A stretch of 64,000 nt of DNA, from positions 746,001-810,000 of the forward strand of contig MU058009.1 of the NCBI GenBank assembly GCA_013265495.1. Reading direction: 5' to 3'. The notes below the pieces were generated by a model. The model did no database searches and was not told the origin of the DNA. It worked only from the letters and a program-made list of their open reading frames with translations. The translations under genes and the position numbers were made by a program. The stretch comes from Vicugna vicugna. Lineage: Eukaryota. Shown here piece after piece: positions 1 to 12,075 of the stretch (its first letter is position 1; each line of letters opens with the position of its first letter).

Positions 1-320
1 ACACAAAAGTTTCTTGAGCACTGACTCAGTGCCGAGGGTACCCAAAGAATAAGTATCTTAGTCTAATAGAAAAATGCAACTGAATTCCAATTTAAGGTGA
101 AAATGGGGATACAATCAAAATTTCCCTTGGAAATCACTGAATATAGCAAGATATTCTGGAAGGAAGCTGTGGGCAGGGGTACGAAATATTTGCATGGAGG
201 AGATGATTTCTGGATTGTGTTTTAGGGGATGTGTAGGAGTTTGGGACCTAGTTTGGAGATGATTTAGGACTGAAACATCTGAGAGCCAGGAGCAGGTGCC
301 CAGCCCTGGGTGCAGTAGGG

Positions 321-440
321 CAGAGATTCCCAGACTTGTAGGTGAATATACATCACATGGGGATCTTGTTAAAATGTAGGTTCTGAGTCTGTGGGTCTGG
401 TATGGGGTCTGAGAGCCTGTCATGCTAATAAATTACAGGT
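321..440. mobile_element. MER5-type hAT-Charlie DNA transposon fragment
   Basis: cagagattcccagactt...atcacatggggatcttgttaaaatgtaggttctgagtctgtgggtctgg...ggggtctgagag resembles the recalled MER5A/B consensus. Confidence 0.75.
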
Positions 441-484
441 TAAAGATCCATTCTCTTTTTCTTATATATCTCTTAAGTCTTTTT

Positions 485-1190
485 TTTCTTTTGGAACTTA
501 AAAATATATTTTAATATTAATTTAAAACTTACAGAAAAATTACAAGAATTGTGCAAGAAATACTATACTCTTTTATCCAAATTCAAATTCAACAATTGTT
601 TGCATTTTTCTTTCTTATTCTTTCTCTACATATTTAGAGATATGATATATGCTTTTTTGAAGTACTTGGAAATAAGTTTGTAACAATGTGCCCCCATACC
701 CCTAAATTCCTCAGGAAAAGGGATATTCTCTCACATTAATCAAAATCAGGAAGTTTAAGTTTGATACAATACTGTTATCTAGCACAGGTTATAGTAAAAA
801 ATTTTCTATTGTAACATCCTTCCTATCACATTTCCCCCTTGGTCCAGGGTCCAATCCAAGGTCACGTGTTGCATTCGGTCCCTGTGTCTTCTGATTTTCA
901 ATGATAACATCCTTTCTATCAATTTCCCATCTTGGTCCAGGGTCCAATCCCAGATCACATTTGGTGACCGTGTCTTCTGAGTCTCCTGTAATCTGGAGCA
1001 ACTGTTCAGCTGTTTTTGTCCTTCTTGACCTTGAAAATTTTGAATGGTAGAGGCCCGTTATTTTGCAGAATGCCCCTCAATTTGCGACTGTCTGATGTTC
1101 CCTCATAATTAGATTCAGGCTATGTGTTATTGGCAGGAATATCACAGCGGTGACGTTGTGTCCCCTGCGTGTTTTGATAGCAAACATCTA
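485..1190 (-). mobile_element. Ancient L1 (L1MC-like) 3' region, with an internal ~93-bp tandem duplication
   Basis: aatttaaaacttacagaaaaattacaagaa... and ttttgcagaatgcccctcaatttg...tctgatgttccctcataattagattcagg are typical antisense L1MC 3'UTR text. Confidence 0.7.
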
Positions 1191-1814
1191 GTGAATGTGG
1201 TCCTGGGCACTGATACTGGCTGCCAGCATCTCCCCCAAGGGGGGCCTCCCTGCCAGAAGCTCTGTGCTACCCAGCGCTTTGCCTGGCTGGCCCTGACTGG
1301 GGCACACACGCTGTGTCTTGGACTCACACTGAACCTTGGAATGTAACACGGATTTTCTGTGAAGCCAGTTCTTTCCACTTCTAGGCTGGCCTTTCACTTT
1401 GCCCTATGTGTCAGGTAGCCCACCTCTGGCTTCTTTCTCTGTGACCTGCAGTCCTGGTGGCCAGACCCTGCCTGCATCTCTTGCCTCATCTGGACAATCT
1501 GGTCCTGGCAAGCTAGGCTGTCATCAGGATAGACGGGAACTGCGGAAAGACTGACTCGATGCCAGACAGGCTGGGCTGCCTGCAGGACTCCCAGTGGCTG
1601 TGTCCCTCTTACCGGTGTCCTTTATTCTGCTCTTCTCTCTGCCCAGGATGCCTTCTTACCAGCATCCCCCCTCCTCCCTGACACACTTCTGTACACACTT
1701 CTCTTTGAAGCCCTCCCCTTCTCCAAGTCACCTACAAGTGATTCATTGCACATTAAAGTTTGAGCAGCTCTGTATAGATTTCACGATCAAGAAAATTCGA
1801 AAATTGCACCTCTT

Positions 1815-1960
1815 GGGGAGTGATGGAAATGTTAGCTATCTCGATTGTGGTAGATTACATTGGTGTATACATCTATCAAAATTCATCAAATTGTACGTTT
1901 GAAATATATATGGTTTACTGTACAGGAACCATACTACAATAAGGTGTTAAAAAAAAAAAA
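1815..1960 (+). mobile_element. Ancient L1 3' terminus with poly(A) tail
   Basis: gtgatggaaatgttagctatctcgattgtggt...tcaaaattcatcaaattgtac...caataaggtgtt followed by an A run. Confidence 0.8.
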
Positions 1961-2032
1961 GAAATCCAGCCTTGAACAAGATCCAGGTATCAGACAGAGT
2001 GGCTGCAGGACAACCAGAGGCAGCCCTAGGAG

Positions 2033-2255
2033 ACAGCGGTGTGCAAGGGGTTAAAAGCAGAGGTCCCCGTGTCTGACCATTGGCTCCAATACTTTCTCGC
2101 TAAGGAACCTTGACAAGCGATGTGACCTCTCTGTGCTTCAATGTCTTCCTACGTAAAATAAGAATCATAGTACCCCCCACTTCCTAGGGCTGTGGAGAAG
2201 AATCAATGTAATAAGGCAGCCACTTGCTTACAGACTATCTGGTTCAATAAATGTC
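2033..2255 (+). mobile_element. MIR SINE
   Basis: Core-like accttgacaagcgatgtgacctctctgtgcttcaatgtcttcctacgtaaaataagaat and a tcaataaat tail. Confidence 0.75.
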
Positions 2256-3169
2256 CTTAGGATGGGAACTGCACAAACTCTTCCCGATGTTGAATTAGGG
2301 AACTTGTATTCCCCCAGCCAGGGGACAGGATCATTCTTGGAGGCTGGGCCAGGGCGGGATCTGCAGATAGTGGCATAGTGGCCCTAGCTTCATGGATCAG
2401 GAATATGGAGGGCCCAGGAAATAGAATAATCCTCCTGAAACCATCAAAGCCTCGGCAGCAAGGTGGTCAGAGCTGGACAGTGGCCCTGCCAGGACAGCAG
2501 CGCTCGTGTGGCTGGCTGGCCTCAGGAGCAGTGTTTCCGACCAGAAATGCGGGGACTACAGAAGCAATATTTCCCCAAATTTCCATGAGAATCGCTGACA
2601 ACTGTGTCAGTCTGTTGTGAGAGTAAAATTCCTGCGGTGCCTGAAGAGAGCGCAAAGGAAAACAATTCTGATCAAAGCCTGGATTCCTTTGTCACAGGCA
2701 TTCTCTCCGCGACGCGCCCAAAGGCGTTTTGTAAAATAGCAGCGGCTTCTGAAAGGAAGATGTGTTAATAGGATACGGTTTGGGTGTCATCAGCTCATTC
2801 CCAGAATGGGTTTCGCGTCAAGACAGACATCAAAATGGAGAGGAGAGATGAATTCACTCACATGTTGGCACTTGATGGGGAAAAGGAGAAAATCAAATGT
2901 TTCAGTGGCCTGGATACCACGACTCTTTGACGTGAACATTTTTAGCTCCATTTACCTCTCTCAAACTAATGGGGTTATAAAATCATTCTGCAAGGATGAC
3001 ACCATTAGTGAATACAGTTCTGTTCTGCCTTGAAGCTTGAAAGTGTATCAATTAGCAAATATTTACGGAGAGTCTGCTGTACGCCAGGGATGTCCTAGGC
3101 ATGCAAGGAGACGGGACATTTATGTCAAGTGAGTGCCTGGTGGTCGTGAGTCACAGTGGGAGTGGCTAC

Positions 3170-3360
3170 CACTTTTGGAATACATCCGTTAAGCAGTTTC
3201 AAACCATTATCTTATCTTCTCCAAGGAAGGTAGCGCTAATTCTGGCTTTACAAATGGGAAAACTGAGGCATAAAGAATTCAAACACTTGCTCAAGGTCAG
3301 GCAGCGAAGAAAAGAGCTGGCACTCTCTTGCAGCTTGTCTGCTTTTTCACCATAACATGC
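3170..3360 (-). mobile_element. MIR SINE
   Basis: tttacaaatgggaaaactgaggcataaagaattcaaacacttgctcaaggtca is the antisense MIR core. Confidence 0.75.
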
Positions 3361-4114
3361 TGCCTTGGAAGAGAAAAAACTGCACATATTAAAAGAAATC
3401 AAAGGATTCAAAGCAGAGTCTGAGAAATGTGAGAATAAAGAATGCCGTTCTCTCAGTGAGGAGTCATCCCATTTGATTGATGGAGAAACTAAGGCTGGCA
3501 CGCGCTCGAGGCCGTAAGAGAGTTCGTTACTGGAAGAGGAGGATGCAGGGGCTCTCATCTTCAGCACCGTCCTGCTCGCACTAACCCTTGCCTCCACTAC
3601 GGTTACTCGGCAGGATGAGCTGTCTGCTTTCTGGACGTCTGTATTCTGCACAGACGGTGTCTGGAGTATTTAGTGCGACTTCCCTTAGCTACAGTGCGGG
3701 GGAGGCCAATGTCATCACTCACTGTAGGTGGCCCACCTCCTGCCAGGGCCCCTCGAGGTGCTGGAAGCAGAGCAGCTAAGCATTGCCAGAGAGAGGCCAT
3801 CTGCACCACTGCAAAGTGGATGGAAAGCCGTTGCGGACGGGGAGCCGGCTGCTGGGAGATGGATGTGTCCCGCCCGTCCCGGTAAGGAGAGGAATCGCCC
3901 CCCTGCCTCGCTCCCTCCTCTCTGCTCCCTGATGGCCGTGGCGTGGCTGTTTGGGGCGGCGCTGAAGGAATGTGTCTGGGTTGACAGAATGAGGAGCTTG
4001 GCTCCGGGATGGAACGTTCCCGTCCAGAAGCGGTGAGAGAGGCACGTCCAGGATTTGTGGTGGGGGCAGAGCGCTGGCCGACGAATTCATCACCGAGCAT
4101 CTTGTTCTCATTCC

Positions 4115-4216
4115 CTAGAAGAAGACAGAGAAGGAAAAACAAAAGCTAAACAGCAGGCAAAGGGAGTTAATCTGTGTCCAGAGCCTTTTGAAATAATACA
4201 GTCAGAGCAGGCTCAC
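4115..4216 (-). other. Candidate 102-nt GT-AG intron (minus strand)
   Basis: Minus strand reads CCA|gtgagc...gattaac (branch-like)...tttgtttttccttctctgtcttcttctag|GGA; motif evidence only. Confidence 0.35.
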
Positions 4217-5499
4217 TGGAGACCGGCCATTTCCATTTCACGCTCTCAGAGCCTGAGGACAGGCTGATGAGTCTGGCTGGCAGAGTTCTCTCTTTCTTTG
4301 GCTGGCTGGCTTTGTTTTTCCTCCTCGAACGGTGGGGAGAAATCTGAGGGGCCTGGAGGCTGGACTTCGGGAAACAGCAGACCAGGAGTCCACATCCTTC
4401 CTCTGGAACCGGGCGGAGCCCTGAAGGGCGTGTCAGCTCCCCTCTCCGCTGCCTTTAGGACGCCCGTCCGCAGGGGCACTGCCTCGTTCTGCTCCCGTGG
4501 GCCACGACAGGCAGCCTGCCGGGGAGGCGTGACTCGCTTGTGAGGGTCTCAGGCCCGTCTCGGGCACAGCCGGCCGTGGTGCCCAGGCCGGCCTGAAGCC
4601 CCGGGGTCCGCCTCTCCTCGGAACAGGCGGGTCCTCTGATCTTCGAGAACCCGGGGAAGAAGCAGGTCAGTGATAACCCGTCTGCTTCACAGCATCCAGC
4701 CAACACTGGCTGCACAGCCCAAGGAGAAAAGGAATAATAGTAATAAAAAAACCCCGACATTCAAATCCTCCTTAATGAAAGCTTTTGTAAGGCCCTGACA
4801 TGCGGCCATTGTGCTCCAGGCTGATGGCGACAACAGGACCTGGGTGACGCTGATGGAGTCGCATCCCCGGCAGCACTACACGCTGTTCATGGAGACGCGG
4901 CTCCACACCGCAGAGCGAAGGCCTATGATGCTTAGGGTTTGCTATTGTCCCATGTCACGGTGGGGCCAAAGCAACAGCAGTGACAGCAGTCTGGGGGGAG
5001 GGATCCTCCTTCCAGACTCCGAGGGACGTGGGACCCTCAAGCAGGCTTGGCTGTCAGTTGCTGGTTCCATCTCTGAAGGCATCCGTGTGCTCGGGTAAAG
5101 AATGAGGAGGTGTTAACAATCACCATTAACTGAGGGACTGTTATGGGCCAAGATTTACACATTTTGTTTTATTCAATCCTCACCGTATTTTCACCATCCC
5201 AAGTTTGCAGATGACACAATTCAAGCTCTTAGGTGTTAATTTTTTACCCAGAGCCCCAGAATATGCTGACAGAAGTTTGAATTCTGGCCTCTATAACATC
5301 AAAGCTGGTGCGTTCATCTTTCCCTCACAGATCATGCAACTACTTCGTTTCAAGATTTGGGGGACCCTTTCAATAAGTGAAGGTAAGGTTTCTTGTGAAA
5401 TCCTCCTGCCTCCCACTGTGCTGTAGGCTGGGAGTGAAAAGTCCTGCCCTTCAAATTCCCTTGGTGCTTTATTTCTTTCTATATGAATAACAGGGCTAA

Positions 5500-6055
5500 T
5501 TAGCAAATTAATATTGAGGACCTGCTATTTGCTCTGAACTGTGATAGGCGCTGGCTCTGCCATGCAAACGAAGACAAATACAGTCCTGTTGTGGGAAAGG
5601 AAATAACAAATTAAAAAAGCATTAAGAAAGTAGAATCAAAATAAGGAATTACAGCTTATGAGTCATGCTAATTGAGAAAAATAAATAAAAGAAGGTACTT
5701 GATAAATAACAGAAACGAGGGAAACAACTTGAGATGGTTTCCTTGGGAAGCTAAGGCAAGGCCTGCAGGATGAGAGGCAGTCAAGTGGTTGCAAAATGTG
5801 GGAAAAAAGAAACTAGGCAGAAAGTATAGCATGTGCAAAGGCCCTGAGGTGGGAAACAGCTCAGCATGTTTAAGCTGTGAAAGGAGGCCTGAGACGCTGC
5901 ACAGCATGACCTGGATGGAGATCTGCACACTCCAGGGGGGAAGGGGTAGTTGAGGCGGGGCCTCAATGGTGCCAGGGAGTCTGCAGTTGGTTGTTCTCAG
6001 TACCATAGGAGCAACTCTAGGGTTTCCAGTAGGAAAGTGATATGAGCTGATTCAG
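5500..6055 (-). mobile_element. L2 LINE 3' fragment
   Basis: tattgaggacctgctatttgc...ataggcgctgg and atgtgcaaaggccctgaggtgggaaacagc are antisense L2 3' signatures. Confidence 0.8.
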
Positions 6056-6212
6056 TGCCTATCCTTATGTGTTTAATAACATATCTATGGCCCAAAATTC
6101 AAAAAATAACTTTTTATGGTGGATGCATCTCTTCCTCAACCCTGTCCTTCCTCTCACCTTCTGAGTATATTCCATACATGTCATATACATATAATATAAT
6201 GTTTATATATAC

Positions 6213-6428
6213 TTATGTGTTATAGATCCAATTAACACACATACATATTATTCTGAATCTTGCCCTGTGTTGTGTTTTTTTTTTTTTCTCATTTTATTTC
6301 TTTGAGATCTTTATATTTTATTATGTGTTATAGATCCAATTAACACACATACATATTATTCTGAATCTTGCCCTGTGTTGTTTTTTTTTTTTTTTCTCAT
6401 TTTATTTCTTGGAGATCATTATATATTG
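6213..6428. repeat. Near-perfect 108-bp tandem duplication (2 copies)
   Basis: ttatgtgttatagatccaattaacacacatacatattattctgaatcttgccctgtgttg starts at both 6213 and 6321. Confidence 0.95.
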
Positions 6429-6469
6429 GTACCTGTAGAACCATGTCTTCTGTAACTGCAGTGGTGAAA

Positions 6470-6668
6470 CAGCATAGCACAGTGGTTAAGAACAGAATTT
6501 GAAGCCAGTCTGCCTGAGTCTAAATCTTGTCTCTATGACCTTGGGCAACTTACTTAAGCTCTCTGTACATTGGTTGACTCATCTAGTAAACTATGGAGGG
6601 AGTGCCCGCCTCCTAGGATCATTACGGGGAATTAATGAGTTAATGCATGTGAAGCACTGAGAATGGTG
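6470..6668 (+). mobile_element. MIR SINE
   Basis: cagcatagcacagtggttaagaac...tgaccttgggcaacttacttaagctctctg...aatgagttaatgcatgtgaagcac. Confidence 0.85.
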
Positions 6669-7070
6669 AGTTCTCCTGTCCCAGGGCTTGCTCTTACAAA
6701 TGTGATCACGAATGTCCCTGTGTGTATGTCGTTTCTCTCATGGCTTTATATCTGTGTGATAAATATCTAAGAATAAAACTTGGGACAAAGAGAGGTGTCT
6801 TTGTAGTTTTGATCCACATTATCAAATTCTCTTTCACAGATTTTCAAATTTACAAGTTCACCCACATTGCATATCATCAGACTTTTTGATCTTTACCAAC
6901 CAGGTAGGTAAAATGATAAGGGTATCTGATTGTAATTTATTTTCTATTCCCCTGAATTTGGTTAAGTCTGAATGTCCTTTTTAATCTTGAGTTATTGCAT
7001 TTCTTCTTTGTAAACTCTCTGCTCTGGTTCTCTGCCCATTTCCTTTCGTGTGGCTGATCTTTTATTATTC

Positions 7071-7243
7071 AACGGCATTAGTGTGGTGGGTGAGGGTACA
7101 GGTTCTGGGGGAAGCCTGGATTCGAATCACGGTCCTGGCTCTTACTAGCTGTGTGACTCTGGGCAGGTTAACTCATCCCTCTGTGCCTCAGTTTCCTCTG
7201 GCTAACACAGCGTCTGTGCCACACAATGGTGGCAAGTGAATTA
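7071..7243 (+). mobile_element. MIR SINE 5' part, interrupted by an LTR; 3' remnant at ~7670-7720
   Basis: cttactagctgtgtgactctgggcaggttaactcatccctctgtgcctcagtttcctc. Confidence 0.85.
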
Positions 7244-7667
7244 TGAGGGACTGAATACACAAATGGACAGTGGCCAGACATGTCTGAGAACAGAACACCC
7301 ACAGTCTTCCGTGACTAGTCCGGGAAGTGACTAGTCCAAGCCACAACCTGTGTGGCAACCTCTGCCAGCTTCCCTGACTTTTGCCTTGCTTCCCACTTAG
7401 GACTAATTAGAGAAAGCCAAGCATGCTCCCCTCACTGGCCACGCGGGGTGTCGCACCTGCAGGTGGCCCGCCTCCAGCTTCCCCATACCAATAGCTTCCG
7501 ATCAGGGCGCGCCCGGAGCCTTCCCTTCCCCCTTTATAAAGCGCTGTCACTCTCTGCCTGCATTTGAGTCTCAGCCAGAAGCAAGTGAGGGTGACTGCCT
7601 CCTCTGCCACAGCAAGCTCTGAATAAATTGCTTTTCCTCATCTGGGTGGTCTTCATTTATGTCCACA
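7244..7667 (+). mobile_element. Solo endogenous retroviral LTR (ERVL-class, MER54-like)
   Basis: TG...CA ends, TATA-like tttataaa ~7533, AATAAA 7622-7627, 3' end gcaagctctgaataaa...gggtggtcttcatttatgtccaca; family name from memory. Confidence 0.7.
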
Positions 7668-7939
7668 GCCGGTACATTTGAAATGCTTAGAAGGGAGTTT
7701 ATTATATAGTCAGTGTTTAACACCACAGCTGGTCATCGGTCTGTGATACATGGTATTGTAAGTAATTTTCCCCGATTTTTCTTTCCGTCTGGAATGTAAG
7801 CTTCATGAAGGAAGACATTGCCACTAACACATTTAAAAATATTCCACAGGATTGAAAATAATGCCTTACACGTAGAGCGAGCACGCGGATGGGAGGGCTG
7901 GATGAATCGTGCCTGAGTGTGGGAGTTCAGAAGACAGTG

Positions 7940-8258
7940 CAGGCATCCCTTGGTACCCTTGGGGCACTGGTTCCAGAACCTCCTGCAGACGCCCAATCCA
8001 AGGATGCTCAAGGCCTTTATGTAAAATGGCACAGTATTTGCATATAACCTACACACATCCTCCCGCGTTCTTTAAACCATCTCTAGATCACTCATGATGC
8101 CTAACAGAGTGCAAATGTTCTATAGGTTGGTGAAATGTAAGTGCTGGAGGCAAATTCAAGGTTTGCTTTTTGGAACTTTCTGGAGTTAAAGAAAAAAATC
8201 AGTCAGCATTTGGTTCTGTGGGTGTGGAACCCAGGGTACAGAGGGCCAGTGGTGACTG
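7940..8258. mobile_element. MER2-type TcMar-Tigger DNA transposon
   Basis: ggatgctcaaggcctttatgtaaaatggcacagtatttgcatataacctacacacatcctcccg...aaccatctctagatcact; ends ctg|ta. Confidence 0.85.
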
Positions 8259-9034
8259 TACCATAATTTAAAGCTGTGAGCCCAAATGTGAACCACAGGT
8301 AGACTTAGAGTCGGGGCCAAGGGCTCCGTTTCCACAGGATTAGGAGCAGAAACAAGGTGAATCCAGATTCGTGAGCTCTGTGACAGCTCGCAAACATAAA
8401 ACCCGTCTTTAATTTCCTGCCTTGCAAAGGGAAGGTACTACTGCCTGCACAGAGGTTTTGTGTGAAGTGGATGGGATTACGGAGCAAAAATTCCCTAATA
8501 GGGTAGCGGGCCGCGTTCTGTCCACAAGTGGGCCACTTGTTTGGTAAATATGAACTCATCTGCATTCATACGATACTTTGCTCTTTACTAAACACGTGTG
8601 CACGGACTCAGTTGATAACCGCAGCATACTGCTGAGGTGGTTAGAGCCAGAACTGTCATTCCTGTTTAGCAGGTTGGGAAATGGAGGCTCAAAGCCAAAA
8701 AGCGGGTCACTTAATGGCACATGGCTAGTGTCTGCAGATGGAGTCAGATGTTGTCTCCTTTTTTTTTTTTAAGTCATTCACTTGGATTTTATTTCCCATT
8801 AAAGAGAGAACTTTTGAGTGTACATAAATTCTTAATTTTGCATTAGTAATAACATAGACATCCAAATATTACATTTCCACCATCCCAGTTACAACAGTAA
8901 TTATGAAACGTGTATCATTTGCCTTATTTTATTACTGATACCCTTTTAGAGATGACTTTGTCATCAGATACATTTGTCAAGCCTCGTACCATTTGTCTGT
9001 CGGAGCAGACTTTAAAGAGTATTATAGAGAAAAT

Positions 9035-9118
9035 AATATACATACAACTGAATCGCTGTGCTCTACGCCGGAAACTAACACAACATTGTACAGCAACTAA
9101 AATTCAATTTAAAAAAAA
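9035..9118 (+). mobile_element. Short 5'-truncated L1 3' tail (cetartiodactyl-type)
   Basis: aactgaatcgctgtgctctacgccggaaactaacacaacattgt...caattt followed by an A run. Confidence 0.75.
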
Positions 9119-10697
9119 CACCTGTTCAAAAATAACAATTCTTAAGCTCCATCTTTTGACTGTAAATTCTACATTTAGTCCCCTAAATAAGGCTGCTTCG
9201 TAGCTCCTTTTTGAATGCGTGTGTGAAAATAAAAATGATGAAACTTTCCTGGGCTCCCAAGACCCCTCCTGGGGGAACCTAAAGGCCGGGCGCCACGAGG
9301 TGTGGCTCTGCGTCTCTGACGTCACTTCCTCCGGGCCTGGGCGGCGGAGCAGGGAGAGGTCTGCAGGGCCCATCTGTGCCCACCACGCTCTGCTCCCCGA
9401 GCATTTGAGTCATTTTGCACTTGCCGCTGCTTTGTCCCCCCAGGCCCTTGGCTGCTGCAAGAAACAGCAGCTGTGGCCATCTAGTTCATGTCACTAATTA
9501 AACAGAATTTATGCTGCGAATTTGGAATGGACACCTTCTTGCCAAGGCACAGGCGCTTTCCGAAATCAAGCCATTGAGCTTCAGAAAAACGTTTCTTAGG
9601 CCACAGAGCCCTCATTCTATTCCAATCAGCCTTTATTGATTAGCTACGTTCCAAAGATACAAAGACTAAACACCTTTGCCAAATCACCCCCCACCCGCCA
9701 ATAAATGTTTTTTGAGCATCCACAGCGTGCAAGGCCGTGTGCTATGTTCATATACGGAAAACATCAGGGAAACGGCTGCGAAAATGAGAGAGAAAATGGG
9801 ACGCCGGACCAGAAAGGGAAGCCAGTGCAAAGAGAGACACTGGGCTGGGGCAGGGCAAGAGGGTCAGGGGAAGCCAAGAAATGACCCAGGTCTGTACTCT
9901 CCATCCACATGTCAGGAACTCTAATGGAAATGTGCCCCGTGCCATTTTAATGAGCCCCCAGTTTGTGCTGCTTCTGTTTGCCTTTGAATCCCTGAGGACC
10001 ATTCCAGATGGGGGAGCAGAACTGTAGAGAGCTCAGAGATCCTGGAATCCTGCCACCTTGCTTCCTCATCATCACACCCTCCCTCGTGCCAGACCCCAGC
10101 CTACATGTTACTCTCTCCTCTTCCCCGTCATTCTGTCTGAGGTTTGCTGGAACCACCCATTTTAGTCCTTGATCACGTGCACCATGTATCTCTTCATTAG
10201 AATGCTAACTGGTACAGAGATATTCACTTTCTGGGGTGTCCACACTGTGCGATGACACTTATGCATTAACTTGACCTGTGGAGTGAGGGAGGAACTTGGG
10301 AATCTCCTCCTGTCCCGCTGTCCCCGGTGTATGTCTTGCTGCTCTGATGCATCTGCTTTTGTTAATATCTGCAGGGCTTTAAATATAATCCTGTGGGAAT
10401 AATTCCTTTTGAAGGGAAGTTGAAAGCACTTGACTCAGCCAGGACTCTGGATGCATCAAAGGTTTGTGTCCACTCAGCTGGGGCGTCCTTTTAGCTTTGC
10501 TCTGGTCAGAATTAACCACAATGTCTTCTCACTAAGTGGTTGTTAAAAGCCTCATTTTTGAAAGATAGGAGGGAAAAAGAGTATAAAGAAGAAATGTCTG
10601 AAAGTTTTCTTTAGAGGCTATGTAATTCTAAAATTATAGGAGTGCTTTCCTAAAATCATGAGAATGTAAGGACAAAAAATGGAGGTAAGTCAGGTAG

Positions 10698-11188
10698 TGG
10701 TACTTGTCAGGGTTCTCTGAGAACCAGAACCAGAGCCAGTAAGAGATATTGACAGATATATAGATAGAATTTATTAAGGGGAAATGGTTCCTGCAATTAG
10801 GGAGGCTGAGAAGTCCTACAATTTGCCATTTGCAAGCTGGAGACTCAGGAAAATCGTCATTCCAGTTTGGTTGAGTCTGAAGACCTGAGAACCAGGGAGC
10901 TGATGCTGTAAACCCCAGTACAAGGGTAGGAGAAGATGAGATGTTTCAGCTCAAGCAGGGAGGCAGGAAGAAAATAGGGAATGCCTCCTTTCTCACCTTT
11001 TTGTTTCATTTCAGCCAGCAATGGATTGGATGATGCCCGCCTGCTTTGGGAAGGCCATCTACTTCACTGAGTACACAGGTTCAAATGCTAACTCATCCAG
11101 AAACAGCCTCACAGACACATCTAGAAATAATACTTAATCTGGACACCTCCTGTCCCAGTCAAGTTGACACGTAAAATTAACTCTCACC
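10698..11188 (-). mobile_element. MLT2-type ERVL LTR
   Basis: gtcagggttctctgag...ggaggctgagaagtcc...gcaagctggagactcagg...tcacagacacatctagaaataat...agtcaagttgacacgtaaaattaac. Confidence 0.85.
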
Positions 11189-11406
11189 GTTTTTTTTATA
11201 GTTCTTCATGCTATCTCTGAAGAAAAATGACTTGGTTAAAATCCATGTTCTTGCTATGTGATTCTGGGTGGGTAACTTGGCATCTTTGAAGATGGTAACT
11301 GCAGTTACTACTACATAGGTTTATGGAGTGACTTCAATGAGATAAGCCATGTAAAGAACTCAAGAAGAAGGCCTGACTCATAGTAATCTTTAATTAATGT
11401 TAGTTG

Positions 11407-11589
11407 ATCATCATCATCATTATCATCACCATCACCATCATCACCATCACCACCATCATCATCACCACCATCATCACCATCATCACCATCATCATGACCA
11501 TCAACATCATCATCATCACCATCATCACCAACATCATCACCATCATGACCACAACCACCATCATCATCATAACAACTATCATCTTCATT
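11407..11589. repeat. Imperfect (CAT/CAC)n trinucleotide microsatellite
   Basis: ~180 nt of catcatcaccat..., directly after a MIR 3' end at ~11250-11400. Confidence 0.95.
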
Positions 11590-11599
11590 TCACGAAGAC

Positions 11600-12075
11600 T
11601 TGTTTAGCTTTCATTATATGTTAATCAACTGTGGTTCCATCAGGACATAAAAATGACTGCAATGTGGTTCCTACTTTCAGGGAAGTTCAGATCTCAAAGG
11701 GAAGATAAGACATATACAGAGATAACATTAATACATGATGGAAAATGAGAGTGCAGCAAGAAGTAGGCAGGCAGTGCAAAGAGAAACCAGAGTTGGAAGT
11801 TTAATTTCAGCTGGCAGTGGGATGGGAGGTGGGCATTTCAGGAAAATTTGACGGGAAAGGAGTGTTTGGTCTGGGTCTTGTTGGACTGTTAGGGTTTGAA
11901 GTAGCAAAGGGAAAAAGTCATTCCATAGGGAGAGAACAGCATGATCCAAGTCAGCGAAACTCAGAACAAACTGAAGGAAAATAAAATAATGCAGTTTGGG
12001 TAGAGTAGAGAATGTTTAAGGAGAAATGAATAACAGGACAGAATAGAGAGGCATATTGGGAACAAATCACAGAAG
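11600..12075 (-). mobile_element. L2 LINE fragment
   Basis: Purine-rich antisense L2-like text, e.g. cattccatagggagagaacagcatgatccaag. Confidence 0.6.

Noticed and set aside
3560..3575. TTCAGCACC left half of an RE1 site
   Set aside because: No GGACAG right half follows in the correct orientation
11397..11624. Poly-histidine ORF (75 aa) and overlapping poly-Ile and poly-Met/Val ORFs
   Set aside because: Translation of a (CAT/CAC)n microsatellite between MIR and L2 remnants; no gene context
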